Shown here piece after piece: positions 24,737 through 33,782 of a DNA stretch of 36,943 nucleotides. Source of the DNA: a virus. Its lineage: Duplodnaviria > Caudoviricetes. The translations under genes were made by a program, and so were the position numbers. The stretch spans positions 1-36,943 of IMG/VR virus record IMGVR_UViG_3300002092_000016, one strand, 5' to 3'. Numbering within the stretch: position 1 is the stretch's first letter; the number at the start of each line of letters is the position of its first letter. Under the pieces are notes generated by a model. It had not been told where the DNA came from. It ran no database searches and saw only the letters and a program-made list of their open reading frames with translations.

Positions 24737-27394
24737 TTATTGACCTGACTCGGAACTTTCCCAAGTGGCAACAATGGCAGCAATGGTCAGGGGGATTGGA
24801 AGGGACTGACGGAAGTAGAGATCCACTCCATCCTTCCAGTTGGAGGAAAGACTCACCCTTTCATAACCAAAGAAAGCAGGGGGTGAAGCATCCATGACAT
24901 CCGTGGTGTGACGGGATGGAAGTCCGAACCAGTTGGTGCCATCGGTAGAGTATTCCCCTGCAATGGAATTGAAGACCTTGACGTTCATTTTTGCGATCCT
25001 CATGCGTCTACCTGCACTCGTGCCGTCTTGCAGATCCCTTTGAAGCATTTCTGGGACAAGGGTTGAGGTGTAGGGAATACCTACCAAGGCATAATTGACA
25101 GGTGTCTGAAGGGTGATGGAACCACCGGAAACCGTGGTATTGATGACAGGGTTGACCACTCCGTAGGTGGTGGTGCCGTTGTTGGTGACTCCACCCCAGA
25201 CCGATACGGTCTGACCATTAAGGTGAGTAAGTCCAGTGACCGTGGTGGTTGCCGAGGCACTGGTGAATGTCTTCCCTGCATCAACGTACCACCAGTTGGC
25301 TTTATCGGCTGAATCCAGTGCCAGACGCATCCCTGTCTTGAAGCGTTCAATGTATCGGACGGTAGATCCGCTAATCGTCCGGTTAACGAGCAACCAGACC
25401 TCATCCTCTCCGGTGGTGGAACCGATGGTGGCGACAGACTCCACCGTGCCACTGGTGATTTGACGGGATGAACCACAGACTTGCTGCTCCCGTTCATAGG
25501 TCAGGGAAACGAGTTGTCCGTCTGATCGAACCATCCAGAGGATGGCATCAGGGGATCGTTGGAAGGCAGTCTCCACAATGGTGGGACGGGTGATGTGCTC
25601 GGCAAGGGAAGTCAAGTCGGCTGAGACCCATGTTTCCGAGGAATAGTCATAGATGAGTTCCCTGACCTTCCGTGCCATCCTTTGGATGTACAAAATCGTG
25701 TCATTGACGATGGATGCCATGCCACCTGCACTTCCGTAGTTGGAGTGACGTTTTGCCACCACGTTGGTCGGGGTGAGGGGACGAGTTCCGTCTGCCGATC
25801 CGAGTGACCATTCACCTTGGGTCGTTCCGATAATTAGGAGGGTCTTGGGCAGAAGCCACTGGATCAAACCACCGGAGGCAGCAGACAAGGTGAACAGGTA
25901 GGAATCGGCATCGTAGGCACCCTGCTTGAAGTTCTGAAAGTCGTTGGAATAACTTCCCCAGATGGTGGATGGTAGTAAGGAGGTGCCAGCAAAGACCAAC
26001 CGACTCTCATGCATGGTGCATGCATTGGGATAACCTTGGACGGCAGAAAATGCTCCTTCCCTCCAAATGGGAGTGGCATTAGTGGAGGCCAAGGAACCGA
26101 TGACCGTGGCAGAGGCATAGTTGGCAAAGGATGCCGTGATGCCGGTGCCTGTTCCGGTAGCTGCTACCGTGAGCACAAAGGTCGTGGAATTGGTGATGGA
26201 GGCAATGGCAGCACCGGAGGGGATGTTGGTGCCAGAAACCCCCATGCCGACGAGCAGGTTGGTTGTGGAGGTTGTGGTGACGGTTGTGGTCGAGTTGGTG
26301 GCAATGACCAAGGTGGCAGGGGTGGTGACGTTGGTGATTTTGACAAGTCCCTTCACGACTGGGTCAATGGCTTGAAGCATGGCACGTGGTGCCACGGAAG
26401 CACCTGTGGTGCTGCTGCTGGTGGTCACAAACCGGAAGTAGGTCAGGATGGAAGTCGTGCCTGTGGTCGAGGCATTGTAGTCGTTGTTGGAATAGAACGT
26501 CCTGAGTGTTGACCAGTTGACGTTGTCGGTGGAGTACTGCAAAGCAATGTTGGCAGTCCAAATACCAAAGGTCTGCAAGTTCCAAGCACCCAAAATCTGG
26601 ATGGTGGAGGAGGTCGTGTTGGTCAGTAAACTCTGGGACAGGTAGTTAGTCCCGTTGGGGTGATTGATTTCCCAGTAGGCACCCGTGTGACCAGAGGCAC
26701 CCGTCAGGAACGTGGTAAAGGCCGAGGAGGTGACCGTGATATCACCACTGGTGGCAGAGGGGGTGACCGTGGATGCCGTAAAGTTCTGATCCAGCATGGG
26801 TGCCCATTTCCAAGGGACTTCTCCCACGGTAAAGGGAGGGTTGTAGGAATTGACACCCCAATACGACACCCTCATGGGTGGGTAACTTGGGTGGGTCAAA
26901 TAGACAACATTGTTAATTTGGATCAGGTTGATTCCACGGAGGTCTGCTTCTTGGTAGGGAACAGGGGTTCCGACACTACCGGAGGAGGCAGCATAGACAG
27001 GCACCGTGTTGGTGGAGGCATAGGTCAGTCCGACTGCTTCCACTGGGTCACTGGTAGCATGGGATACCCCGTTCCACGTCTTGGTTGAACCGTAGTAGTT
27101 GCCGTAGGTCAGGAGGGCACCGTTCTGCCAGAAACGAATATACCCCACCCCGATTTCCATCACGATTCGGTTGGCATCGGACAAGTTCAGCCCAAAGAGA
27201 CGACAACGGGTGGAAGAGGATTTTGCAGCACCCAAGTACTCGGTGCCACTCCTCCTATTGGCAGACCCGTAGGGGGTGATGAGGTAGTTTTCTAACTTTT
27301 TGCAACCGGAACGGTATTTGTCAATGGAGGTACGTGACTCCATGTAGGGACTCAACTCCCCAGCATTGAAGGAGGAGATGATGTCGTTGATCAT
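24737..27394 (-). CDS. Tail tubular protein B / nozzle (T7 gp12-like)
   Basis: SFNAGELSP, GSANRRSGT, GYP...HESRLVFAG, YVDAG, GIPYTS motifs. Confidence 0.9.
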   Translation of the reverse strand: MINDIISSFNAGELSPYMESRTSIDKYRSGCKKLENYLITPYGSANRRSGTEYLGAAKSSSTRCRLFGLNLSDANRIVMEIGVGYIRFWQNGALLTYGNYYGSTKTWNGVSHATSDPVEAVGLTYASTNTVPVYAASSGSVGTPVPYQEADLRGINLIQINNVVYLTHPSYPPMRVSYWGVNSYNPPFTVGEVPWKWAPMLDQNFTASTVTPSATSGDITVTSSAFTTFLTGASGHTGAYWEINHPNGTNYLSQSLLTNTTSSTIQILGAWNLQTFGIWTANIALQYSTDNVNWSTLRTFYSNNDYNASTTGTTSILTYFRFVTTSSSTTGASVAPRAMLQAIDPVVKGLVKITNVTTPATLVIATNSTTTVTTTSTTNLLVGMGVSGTNIPSGAAIASITNSTTFVLTVAATGTGTGITASFANYASATVIGSLASTNATPIWREGAFSAVQGYPNACTMHESRLVFAGTSLLPSTIWGSYSNDFQNFKQGAYDADSYLFTLSAASGGLIQWLLPKTLLIIGTTQGEWSLGSADGTRPLTPTNVVAKRHSNYGSAGGMASIVNDTILYIQRMARKVRELIYDYSSETWVSADLTSLAEHITRPTIVETAFQRSPDAILWMVRSDGQLVSLTYEREQQVCGSSRQITSGTVESVATIGSTTGEDEVWLLVNRTISGSTVRYIERFKTGMRLALDSADKANWWYVDAGKTFTSASATTTVTGLTHLNGQTVSVWGGVTNNGTTTYGVVNPVINTTVSGGSITLQTPVNYALVGIPYTSTLVPEMLQRDLQDGTSAGRRMRIAKMNVKVFNSIAGEYSTDGTNWFGLPSRHTTDVMDASPPAFFGYERVSLSSNWKDGVDLYFRQSLPIPLTIAAIVATWESSESGQ

Positions 27395-27984
27395 GGAAGG
27401 GAACCGGAGAACCTAGATTGGACGAGGGGGGAATTGACCCATGCCATGACCTTCTTGGGTTTGCTCTGGTTGGCATCAATGCGTCCTGCCTCGGCAATGG
27501 ACAACTTGAACTGCTGGAGGAGTTGGTTCTTTAGGTTCAGATCCCCTGCAAGTGGCTTGCACAGGTCACTGGCAAGTTTGAGTGCCACCACTTCCACGAA
27601 TGTTGTGGAAAAGATACTGGGGTCAGGAGTGCTGGAAACGTAGTAGATGTTGGCATAGGTCTCATCCGTGAGGAGGGTTGTCCCTTGGATCTCAAAGACT
27701 GCCGTCATATCGACGTAACCATAGTTATTGAAAGCGACGATTTTACCAAAATCGGAAGGCAACTGGTAGGAATATGACCAGTTGAAAGATGGTGCCGTAG
27801 AGTTCTGGGCTAGGACGGCAGAGGTTGTAGCAAACCCCCAAGTGTTGAGCATGAGGCATTCCTTGACGACTACGGGATAGAGCAGGTTGCAGAACCGTGC
27901 CTCCATAGAACCGTCTGTCAGGGAGGTGATGGATTGGTCTCCGAGCTTGGCAAGAGCCAAATTGCAGATGGTGATGGAATCCAT
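27391..27984 (-). CDS. Tail tubular protein A / adaptor (T7 gp11-like)
   Basis: ICNLALAKLG...ITSL...WGFA...YQLPSD. Confidence 0.9.
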   Translation of the reverse strand: MDSITICNLALAKLGDQSITSLTDGSMEARFCNLLYPVVVKECLMLNTWGFATTSAVLAQNSTAPSFNWSYSYQLPSDFGKIVAFNNYGYVDMTAVFEIQGTTLLTDETYANIYYVSSTPDPSIFSTTFVEVVALKLASDLCKPLAGDLNLKNQLLQQFKLSIAEAGRIDANQSKPKKVMAWVNSPLVQSRFSGSLP

Positions 27985-28002
27985 ACTTAAAAGAAATTTG
28001 GT

Positions 28003-28042
28003 AAAAGAAAGGGGTGGAGTCCCCGTAAAGAGACCCCACCCC
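28003..28042 (-). terminator. Intrinsic terminator after the capsid gene
   Basis: Minus strand GGGGTGGGGTCTC/GGGACTCCACCCC hairpin followed by TTTCTTTT. Confidence 0.85.
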
Positions 28043-28056
28043 CGACTTGTGAATAA

Positions 28057-29001
28057 TTACTGCTTGGACGTGTCGGTCAGGATCGTGACCACACCCGTGT
28101 CAAGTAGACGTGTGGCACCGATGACTGCCGTGGAACGAATGACCAGACCGTGAGAGAGGTCAGGACGGATGTCCATGTAGGTCTTGCGTCCACCGTCAAC
28201 CACCACGAGGGCATTCTTCTGGTAGCAGAAGCAAGTCCTAGTGTTGGAAGCAACCGTGAGACCCTCGTACCGGACGATCTTGAACCCAAGGAAGGTGTCG
28301 ATCTGTCCTGCCACAAGTGCTGCCACCTGTGAGTAGAGGGTGTTGGTGACTTCCGTGGTGCTCAAGAGGTCAGCAATTTCAGCAGCACTCACCACGAGGA
28401 TACGATCCTCAACGGGAGCCTCTGCCTTATCGAGCTTGTACTTGGCATACCGAACCTTGTCGATGGTCAGACCGGAACTAACTGCCGTTCCACCAAACGG
28501 AACACGATCCTTTGCGATCTGCTGGTTGGTGGTGTCGTAGGAAACGGACTGGGTGACTTGGATACCAGAGGCACTGGATGCCGTGGATGTGGCCGATCCG
28601 GTAGCTGCCGTGTTGATGATGGCATCGACCTGACGGTTGTAGGCAGCAACCTGACTCTGCATGATGTCAGAGGAGGGGTTGCTGACGTTGCCGAGGAAGA
28701 GGTCATCAAACTCGTCCACGATGTTTGCGACATCGTAGGGAGTAGGATAAGCCCAACGGGTAGGCAGATCAAAGTCTGTGGTCGGGGTGGAAGCGTTCTT
28801 GGTAGAAACGGCTGCCATGTTGAGCAGACCCATCTGGTTGAAGCGAACGGCAGCACCGTTAGCTTGGACGAGTTTGCAACGATCTTTCAGACGACTGTCC
28901 AACTGTTGGAGCAAAAGCTGCCAACTGTTCTGGTACATGATCTGATAGTGCTGTGGGATGACGGTCAAGTTCTGACCGGCAGCAGGAGAGTTAAAAGCCA
29001 T
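28057..29001 (-). CDS. Major capsid protein
   Basis: Between scaffold and tail tube A; LLQQLDSRL, AYNRQVD, ALVAGQIDTFLGFK, GATRL..TGVV; followed by a terminator. Confidence 0.9.
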   Translation of the reverse strand: MAFNSPAAGQNLTVIPQHYQIMYQNSWQLLLQQLDSRLKDRCKLVQANGAAVRFNQMGLLNMAAVSTKNASTPTTDFDLPTRWAYPTPYDVANIVDEFDDLFLGNVSNPSSDIMQSQVAAYNRQVDAIINTAATGSATSTASSASGIQVTQSVSYDTTNQQIAKDRVPFGGTAVSSGLTIDKVRYAKYKLDKAEAPVEDRILVVSAAEIADLLSTTEVTNTLYSQVAALVAGQIDTFLGFKIVRYEGLTVASNTRTCFCYQKNALVVVDGGRKTYMDIRPDLSHGLVIRSTAVIGATRLLDTGVVTILTDTSKQ

Positions 29002-29145
29002 AGGATTGAGTAGTTGGGTTCCCTTGGGGTTGGTTGGGGAACCATGTGGAGTTGATGACCAGTTTCCTCTGATTGTCCCAATCGGGGTCAGGTTCTCTCT
29101 GGGTCAAATCCAACTACTCAGGCCGAGGATCGGTTATCTCTCGTT
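29002..29145 (-). ncRNA. Candidate structured 5' leader of the capsid mRNA
   Basis: Nested and alternative helices: 29007-17 with 29110-20, 29050-62 with 29099-115, 29017-23 with 29037-43, 29069-79 with 29084-91. Confidence 0.5.
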
Positions 29146-29160
29146 GGGTTTGTGACTGTT

Positions 29161-29189
29161 GGTTTACAACGGGTGTATATACTGGTCAA
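29161..29189 (-). promoter_or_regulatory. Putative capsid promoter with operator in spacer
   Basis: TTGACC-17 bp (AGTATATACACCCGTTG)-TAAACC. Confidence 0.55.
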
Positions 29190-29345
29190 CACGTTTTAAT
29201 CTGGACATCTCACTTTTTTTACCCCCTCCGAAAGAAAGAGTGGGTAGTTTTTCTTCCAATAACTCGGCTTTATCCCTGCAAATGTTTACCTTGGGTAATG
29301 ATATTCCACTATGAGGGGAATATCTGCACCCCCCATAAACAACCC

Positions 29346-29379
29346 AAAAAACCCCCACCCCGATGACAAGGGTGAGGGT
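29346..29379 (-). terminator. Intrinsic terminator after the scaffold gene
   Basis: ACCCTCACCCT-TGTCATC-GGGGTGGGGGT hairpin followed by a T run. Confidence 0.75.
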
Positions 29380-29402
29380 TTCTCAAGGGAACGGACGAGC
29401 AA

Positions 29403-30353
29403 CTATCCGTTCTTGATCAAATCTGCCACCATGCTCACGACCTCACGGTCACCTGCCACAAACCTCGTGTGGTATGGGTTCTGGGGGTTTCTCATGATGT
29501 CGATGCCACGTGCCTGTCCTGCCATGAAGGTTGCCGTGGAATCGGAGGAAACGATCTTGTCGTCACTCACCATCCGAGAAAACCTCTCCAGTGCCACGAT
29601 GATGTTGGGATCACTGAGTCCCTTGGAGTTGGGGTCGAGTCCGGTGACCTGACAGGCACGTTTGACGACTGCCATGTTGGTCTCGTACTTATCACCCCAT
29701 GCCTGTTCCAGTGCCTTTTGCCCCTCGGTGTATTCCTTTTGGAGCACTTGAGCCTGTTCTTGGGCACGTGCTGCCTCCAAGGTTGCGTAGTACTTGACTG
29801 CCTCGGATGCTTGGGAGGGAGTCAGTCCGTTCTTGTGGGCAACCTCGTTGAATCCTTTGATGACATTGGGGTCTAGGGTGACTCCTTCTGGGATGCCATC
29901 CACCTTGGTAGGGTACTTGTCGGCACTCTCAGGGACTCCCCTCTTGGCATTGAATGCTGCCCATTCCTCCGGTGAGGACTTTTCATTCGGCATGATGATG
30001 GCATCTGCCTTCTTCCCCATGAGTCTCTGAAGGTTGATATACGACTTTGCCAGTGCCTCATTGTTCTTAAATTGACCGAGGATCTGCTTGTCTTGGGCAA
30101 ACTCCGGTGGGAGTCGGTCTAGCCAACCCTCACTAAATTCACCCTTTTCGTTGAGTGCCCACGGGTTATCCGTTGAGGTCGGACTCGTCGGGGAGGTAGT
30201 CCCTCCAGTTGCGTCGAGCAAACTTCCGGTTGCGGTGGGGGTTGATGTCGTCGTGCTCGTCGTGATCGGGTTCTCTGCTGCTTCCTGTGCTGAGAGCAGT
30301 GCGTTGCCGTCTACGGGAGTCACCGAGACTCCTTCTCCTGTGATGATGCTCAT
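29403..30353 (-). CDS. Capsid scaffolding protein
   Basis: LAKSYINLQRLMG, LGxP-like RGVPES...Y, AHKNGLTPSQA, LEQAWG; between portal and capsid. Confidence 0.85.
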   Translation of the reverse strand: MSIITGEGVSVTPVDGNALLSAQEAAENPITTSTTTSTPTATGSLLDATGGTTSPTSPTSTDNPWALNEKGEFSEGWLDRLPPEFAQDKQILGQFKNNEALAKSYINLQRLMGKKADAIIMPNEKSSPEEWAAFNAKRGVPESADKYPTKVDGIPEGVTLDPNVIKGFNEVAHKNGLTPSQASEAVKYYATLEAARAQEQAQVLQKEYTEGQKALEQAWGDKYETNMAVVKRACQVTGLDPNSKGLSDPNIIVALERFSRMVSDDKIVSSDSTATFMAGQARGIDIMRNPQNPYHTRFVAGDREVVSMVADLIKNG

Positions 30354-30553
30354 TAGGTTTCATGGGGTTGTGGGTTGTCTGCAATGACCAAGGGTGTATT
30401 GACACCTCTGGACAAAAATTCACTGTGCTCCACGGGGGAATGGTTTTCCTTGTGCCACCGGATGTATTCGGGGGTTTGGGTCACATCAACGGGATCAACC
30501 ACCAACGGGGGATCACTACTCTCGTTTTGCTTTCGTTTTCTTTGGTGCTTCAT
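30353..30553 (-). CDS. Possible small hypothetical protein
   Basis: TAATG coupling to the scaffold; TPEYIRWH motif; start uncertain. Confidence 0.4.
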   Translation of the reverse strand: MKHQRKRKQNESSDPPLVVDPVDVTQTPEYIRWHKENHSPVEHSEFLSRGVNTPLVIADNPQPHET

Positions 30554-30776
30554 GAGTGGCCTTGTGAGCAAAAGATTTCATGTGGAGGTAGACCTGACGT
30601 TGACCGTCCCGTATTGCCGCTTTGATGGGGTCAAACGTCCCATCCGCATTGGGAACAAAGGCAGGGGCATTGATCCCAAAGATTTTTTCCAAGTGCTCCA
30701 TGAGGGTGATGCCACTCTCGGTGGTTAAAATGCCGTATGCCTTGGTTTCCTTGCTGATTGCCACAAACTCACTCAT
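30516..30776 (-). CDS. Bbp19-like protein
   Basis: G..LMEHLEK...AAIRDGQRQV immediately after the portal. Confidence 0.75.
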   Translation of the reverse strand: MSEFVAISKETKAYGILTTESGITLMEHLEKIFGINAPAFVPNADGTFDPIKAAIRDGQRQVYLHMKSFAHKATHEAPKKTKAKRE

Positions 30777-32542
30777 TGCTGCATGCCCCGTTGTAGTTGC
30801 TGCCCTACGGCACTCTGGGGATTAACACTTCCCAACTGCTGGGCAACCTGTGCCCCGTGTGCTTGAGCTTGCTGTTGTTGAGCCTGTGCCTGTGCTTGGG
30901 CACGTTGCTGCCTCCTCTGGGCAATTTCCTCCTCACTTCTCAGGAAGTCTGGGTCACCTCCGTTGGCAAGGGCTTTTTGCCTGACGATCTTGTCAAAGTT
31001 GAAGTTGTCTAGAAGTGACTGGTCTTGGGTGACCTGCACGGTCTGGAGGGACTGAGTGACTGCCTCATCGATGGCACTGACACTCCGTGTGGCAATGGCA
31101 ATGGACATCTTGTTGTTGAAGATGACTTGGGGTTCTGGAAGGAACGCTTCCCCACTTGCCGTGTACTGGATGAGTGCCTTGGGTGGAGTTGGAAAGAGTC
31201 CCCGACGTGCAAGGATGCCGTAGACCCTCTTGATGGTTGGAATCAGGAGTTCCGTGGTCAGCCGTGAGTAGGTCGGAGAAAGCATGGTCAACTTTTCACT
31301 CTCCATTGCCCTGACTTGGGTTGCCGTGATGGGAGATCCTTTGGATGCCATTTCCTCTTGGGCAAACATCTGGAACATGGGGACGTTGAAGGCATCCTCA
31401 ATGTGCTGCTGCTTCATTCGGATACGATCTAGACCCACGTCATACCGACCTCCTGTTGCCCATTCCCTTGGGAGGGCAGAGGGATCGGTGGCGTTGAAGT
31501 AGGTGATGCCTCCTGCCGTCAAATCCGGTTCACCGTTCATCCCCTCTGGGACAAGGAGACGTGGGAAGGCAGTCAGTTCTGCCAGAGCATCCATCTGTTT
31601 CTGGAGGAAATTGACCTGCTTGGCATCTGGGAGTGCCACCCATGATGGTGACCACCCGTAGACCCCGTGCTGCCACTTGAGGAACCGAGTAATGAAGAAA
31701 GGTTGCTCGTCGTAACCGGAATCTCTCAGGACATGCTTGGAAGAGCATTCCACATGCACGGAGGCAATGGGTTTGTTCTGCCCATCCTTCTTGCCCTTGT
31801 CCCTCTGATCTTCTGTCCTTGGGTAGATGGCATGGATCATGTCCACCTTGTGCTCGTAGTTCTTGCCGTCACCGGACTCGTACATCTTCCTGACCTGCTC
31901 GGAGACGTTTTCAATACCGTACTCTTCCACCAGTTGCCTGACGGTCATCTCCTTACGGATAAAGATCACGTCACAATACCCCTCGTTGTTTTCCGAGGCA
32001 GCAAAGGTTCCAAGGTCAAAGGTCTTGAAGAGTAGGGGGCAATAGGCACCGGAATCCACGTAGAGGGCAGCAGTACCGAATGCACCCCGATCCAGATGGC
32101 ATTCATGGATCGTGTTGTAGAAATTACTTCGTGCCAGTTCCTCTAGGACGACCTCCGTGCAATCGGCAAAGTATTCACTGACTCCTTCTCCATCCTCCAA
32201 ATTCTCCGGTGCTGCCAGTTGGCACCAAGCACTCCCTGCATCGTTGCAATAGGACATGATCCCTGCTGCCATTGTCTGGTTGGCTCGGACGGCAGTCGTA
32301 TCAAAGAGTTGGGTTTCTCGGTCTAGGTTGGGGGAATACTGCTTGTTGAGGATATAACTCTTCCGAGGCATGACGTAGGTGGCAAGTTGCTGCCACATGC
32401 TCATCCAGTAGTTGCGTTCAACATCAAGGGATGCCCACCGTGCCATGATTGAGGATGCCAGATCCGTCTTGCCCATCTTCTTGCCCTTGGAAGGTGTTGG
32501 TGTATTTACACCCTTGGGTGCAGTGAGTGGGGTGTCTGCCAT
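30773..32542 (-). CDS. Portal / head-tail connector (T7 gp8/BPP-1 type)
   Basis: LFDTTA, SNFY, AFGTA, YGWSP...ALPD, TATQV...EK, RLTTELLIP. Confidence 0.95.
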   Translation of the reverse strand: MADTPLTAPKGVNTPTPSKGKKMGKTDLASSIMARWASLDVERNYWMSMWQQLATYVMPRKSYILNKQYSPNLDRETQLFDTTAVRANQTMAAGIMSYCNDAGSAWCQLAAPENLEDGEGVSEYFADCTEVVLEELARSNFYNTIHECHLDRGAFGTAALYVDSGAYCPLLFKTFDLGTFAASENNEGYCDVIFIRKEMTVRQLVEEYGIENVSEQVRKMYESGDGKNYEHKVDMIHAIYPRTEDQRDKGKKDGQNKPIASVHVECSSKHVLRDSGYDEQPFFITRFLKWQHGVYGWSPSWVALPDAKQVNFLQKQMDALAELTAFPRLLVPEGMNGEPDLTAGGITYFNATDPSALPREWATGGRYDVGLDRIRMKQQHIEDAFNVPMFQMFAQEEMASKGSPITATQVRAMESEKLTMLSPTYSRLTTELLIPTIKRVYGILARRGLFPTPPKALIQYTASGEAFLPEPQVIFNNKMSIAIATRSVSAIDEAVTQSLQTVQVTQDQSLLDNFNFDKIVRQKALANGGDPDFLRSEEEIAQRRQQRAQAQAQAQQQQAQAHGAQVAQQLGSVNPQSAVGQQLQRGMQQ

Positions 32543-32553
32543 AGTGGGTGGGG

Positions 32554-32928
32554 TTACTTACCGAGGAGGGAACCGGAAGCAGGTGCTTGGTTCCGTGTGT
32601 CGGCATTGCTCTGGAGGAGGGATGCTTTCATACCGAATCCTTGTGCTGCCTGTGCCCCTGCCATTTGCTGGGCAACGGCAATGTCTAGGGAAGAGGCCGA
32701 GGGTGGAGGAGGTGGCACTGGAGCCTTGGGCATGGGTGGCAAAATAAAGGTGGGTGCTGGGGGAGGGGATGGAATCGATGGGGTTCCACCACCTCCCTTG
32801 AAGTTAGCAAGGATGGGCTTCTTGGGTTCAAAGGAAGGGAACCGGACACCTCCAACTGCCCCTGCTAGTGCCATCTCTGGAAATAGGAACGAGATCGACC
32901 GAGCAAAGAATGCTATAACGTCATGCAT
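32554..32928 (-). CDS. Pro-rich small virion-associated protein upstream of the portal
   Basis: FKGGGG, poly-Pro, C-terminal ASLL...SLLG; start uncertain. Confidence 0.65.
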   Translation of the reverse strand: MHDVIAFFARSISFLFPEMALAGAVGGVRFPSFEPKKPILANFKGGGGTPSIPSPPPAPTFILPPMPKAPVPPPPPSASSLDIAVAQQMAGAQAAQGFGMKASLLQSNADTRNQAPASGSLLGK

Positions 32929-33257
32929 GGGGTGTGTATAGACACCCACGGGTAGATTCTCAACTTGTTTTTTCGCTCAAATGACACAAAGGGTAAGGGG
33001 TAGGGAGCACAGGCAAAGGCATCCCTAAGATGTCCACTATACAGGTACAAGTGCCAGCAGTCTGGATCGGCATACGTGACCCACGGGTTGGTGATCCTCT
33101 CATACGTGTCCCCCTGACTCACCGGACGTGCCATCAGGAAAAGGTCATCGTTGCTGACCACGACCCCATAAAGCAAGTGTGCCTCCAGATCGTCCTTAAA
33201 TGTCCTTGGGCAATACTCCCTGTGGTAGACCTCTGCTGCCCTTTGGACGGGTCTCAT
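32913..33257 (-). CDS. Hypothetical protein
   Basis: Globular composition; abuts the upstream gene. Confidence 0.7.
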   Translation of the reverse strand: MRPVQRAAEVYHREYCPRTFKDDLEAHLLYGVVVSNDDLFLMARPVSQGDTYERITNPWVTYADPDCWHLYLYSGHLRDAFACAPYPLPFVSFERKNKLRIYPWVSIHTPCMTL

Positions 33258-33782
33258 CTAATTGGTCGTGTAACTCTTGAGGTGATAATCCACAGGGAAG
33301 ACTTTGAAGTTGGACATGGGAGAGATCACGGATTGGGGGATGAACCAAGCAGCACCCCTGCCACTTGGATCTCTTTTGAATCGGTCATCCTTGGTATGCT
33401 CCCCATACATCCATCCGAGCAAGGTCACCCCGTCTGTCCGGTCACAATGTGCTAGAACGACCCGTCTGCCATTAACCATGTCTGCTGGTCGTACAATCAT
33501 GGAGTCATTCATGTGGTTGATGGTACGGACATCCACGTCCTCAAAGCAGTCAGCCTCATCATGGAAGACATCGAGCTTGGGAGATCCCCACCGACCTGAC
33601 CATTTCTGGTAGGCCACTTCTCCCATCACCCCGATGATTTCGTTATTGAGTGCCAAGAGACTATTGATGGGAGCACCAAATTGCCTGTGGGTGGACTTCC
33701 TACAGGAAATCTTCCGTTGCAGCACGGCAGTCATGACCACGTTGCAAAATTCTAGCATGGTGATGGGAACCCAGACGTGCAT
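33258..33782 (-). CDS. Restriction-endonuclease-fold-like hypothetical protein
   Basis: GVMGEVA...ADC...VDVRT, LLGW motifs; TGATG-coupled to TerL. Confidence 0.6.
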   Translation of the reverse strand: MHVWVPITMLEFCNVVMTAVLQRKISCRKSTHRQFGAPINSLLALNNEIIGVMGEVAYQKWSGRWGSPKLDVFHDEADCFEDVDVRTINHMNDSMIVRPADMVNGRRVVLAHCDRTDGVTLLGWMYGEHTKDDRFKRDPSGRGAAWFIPQSVISPMSNFKVFPVDYHLKSYTTN

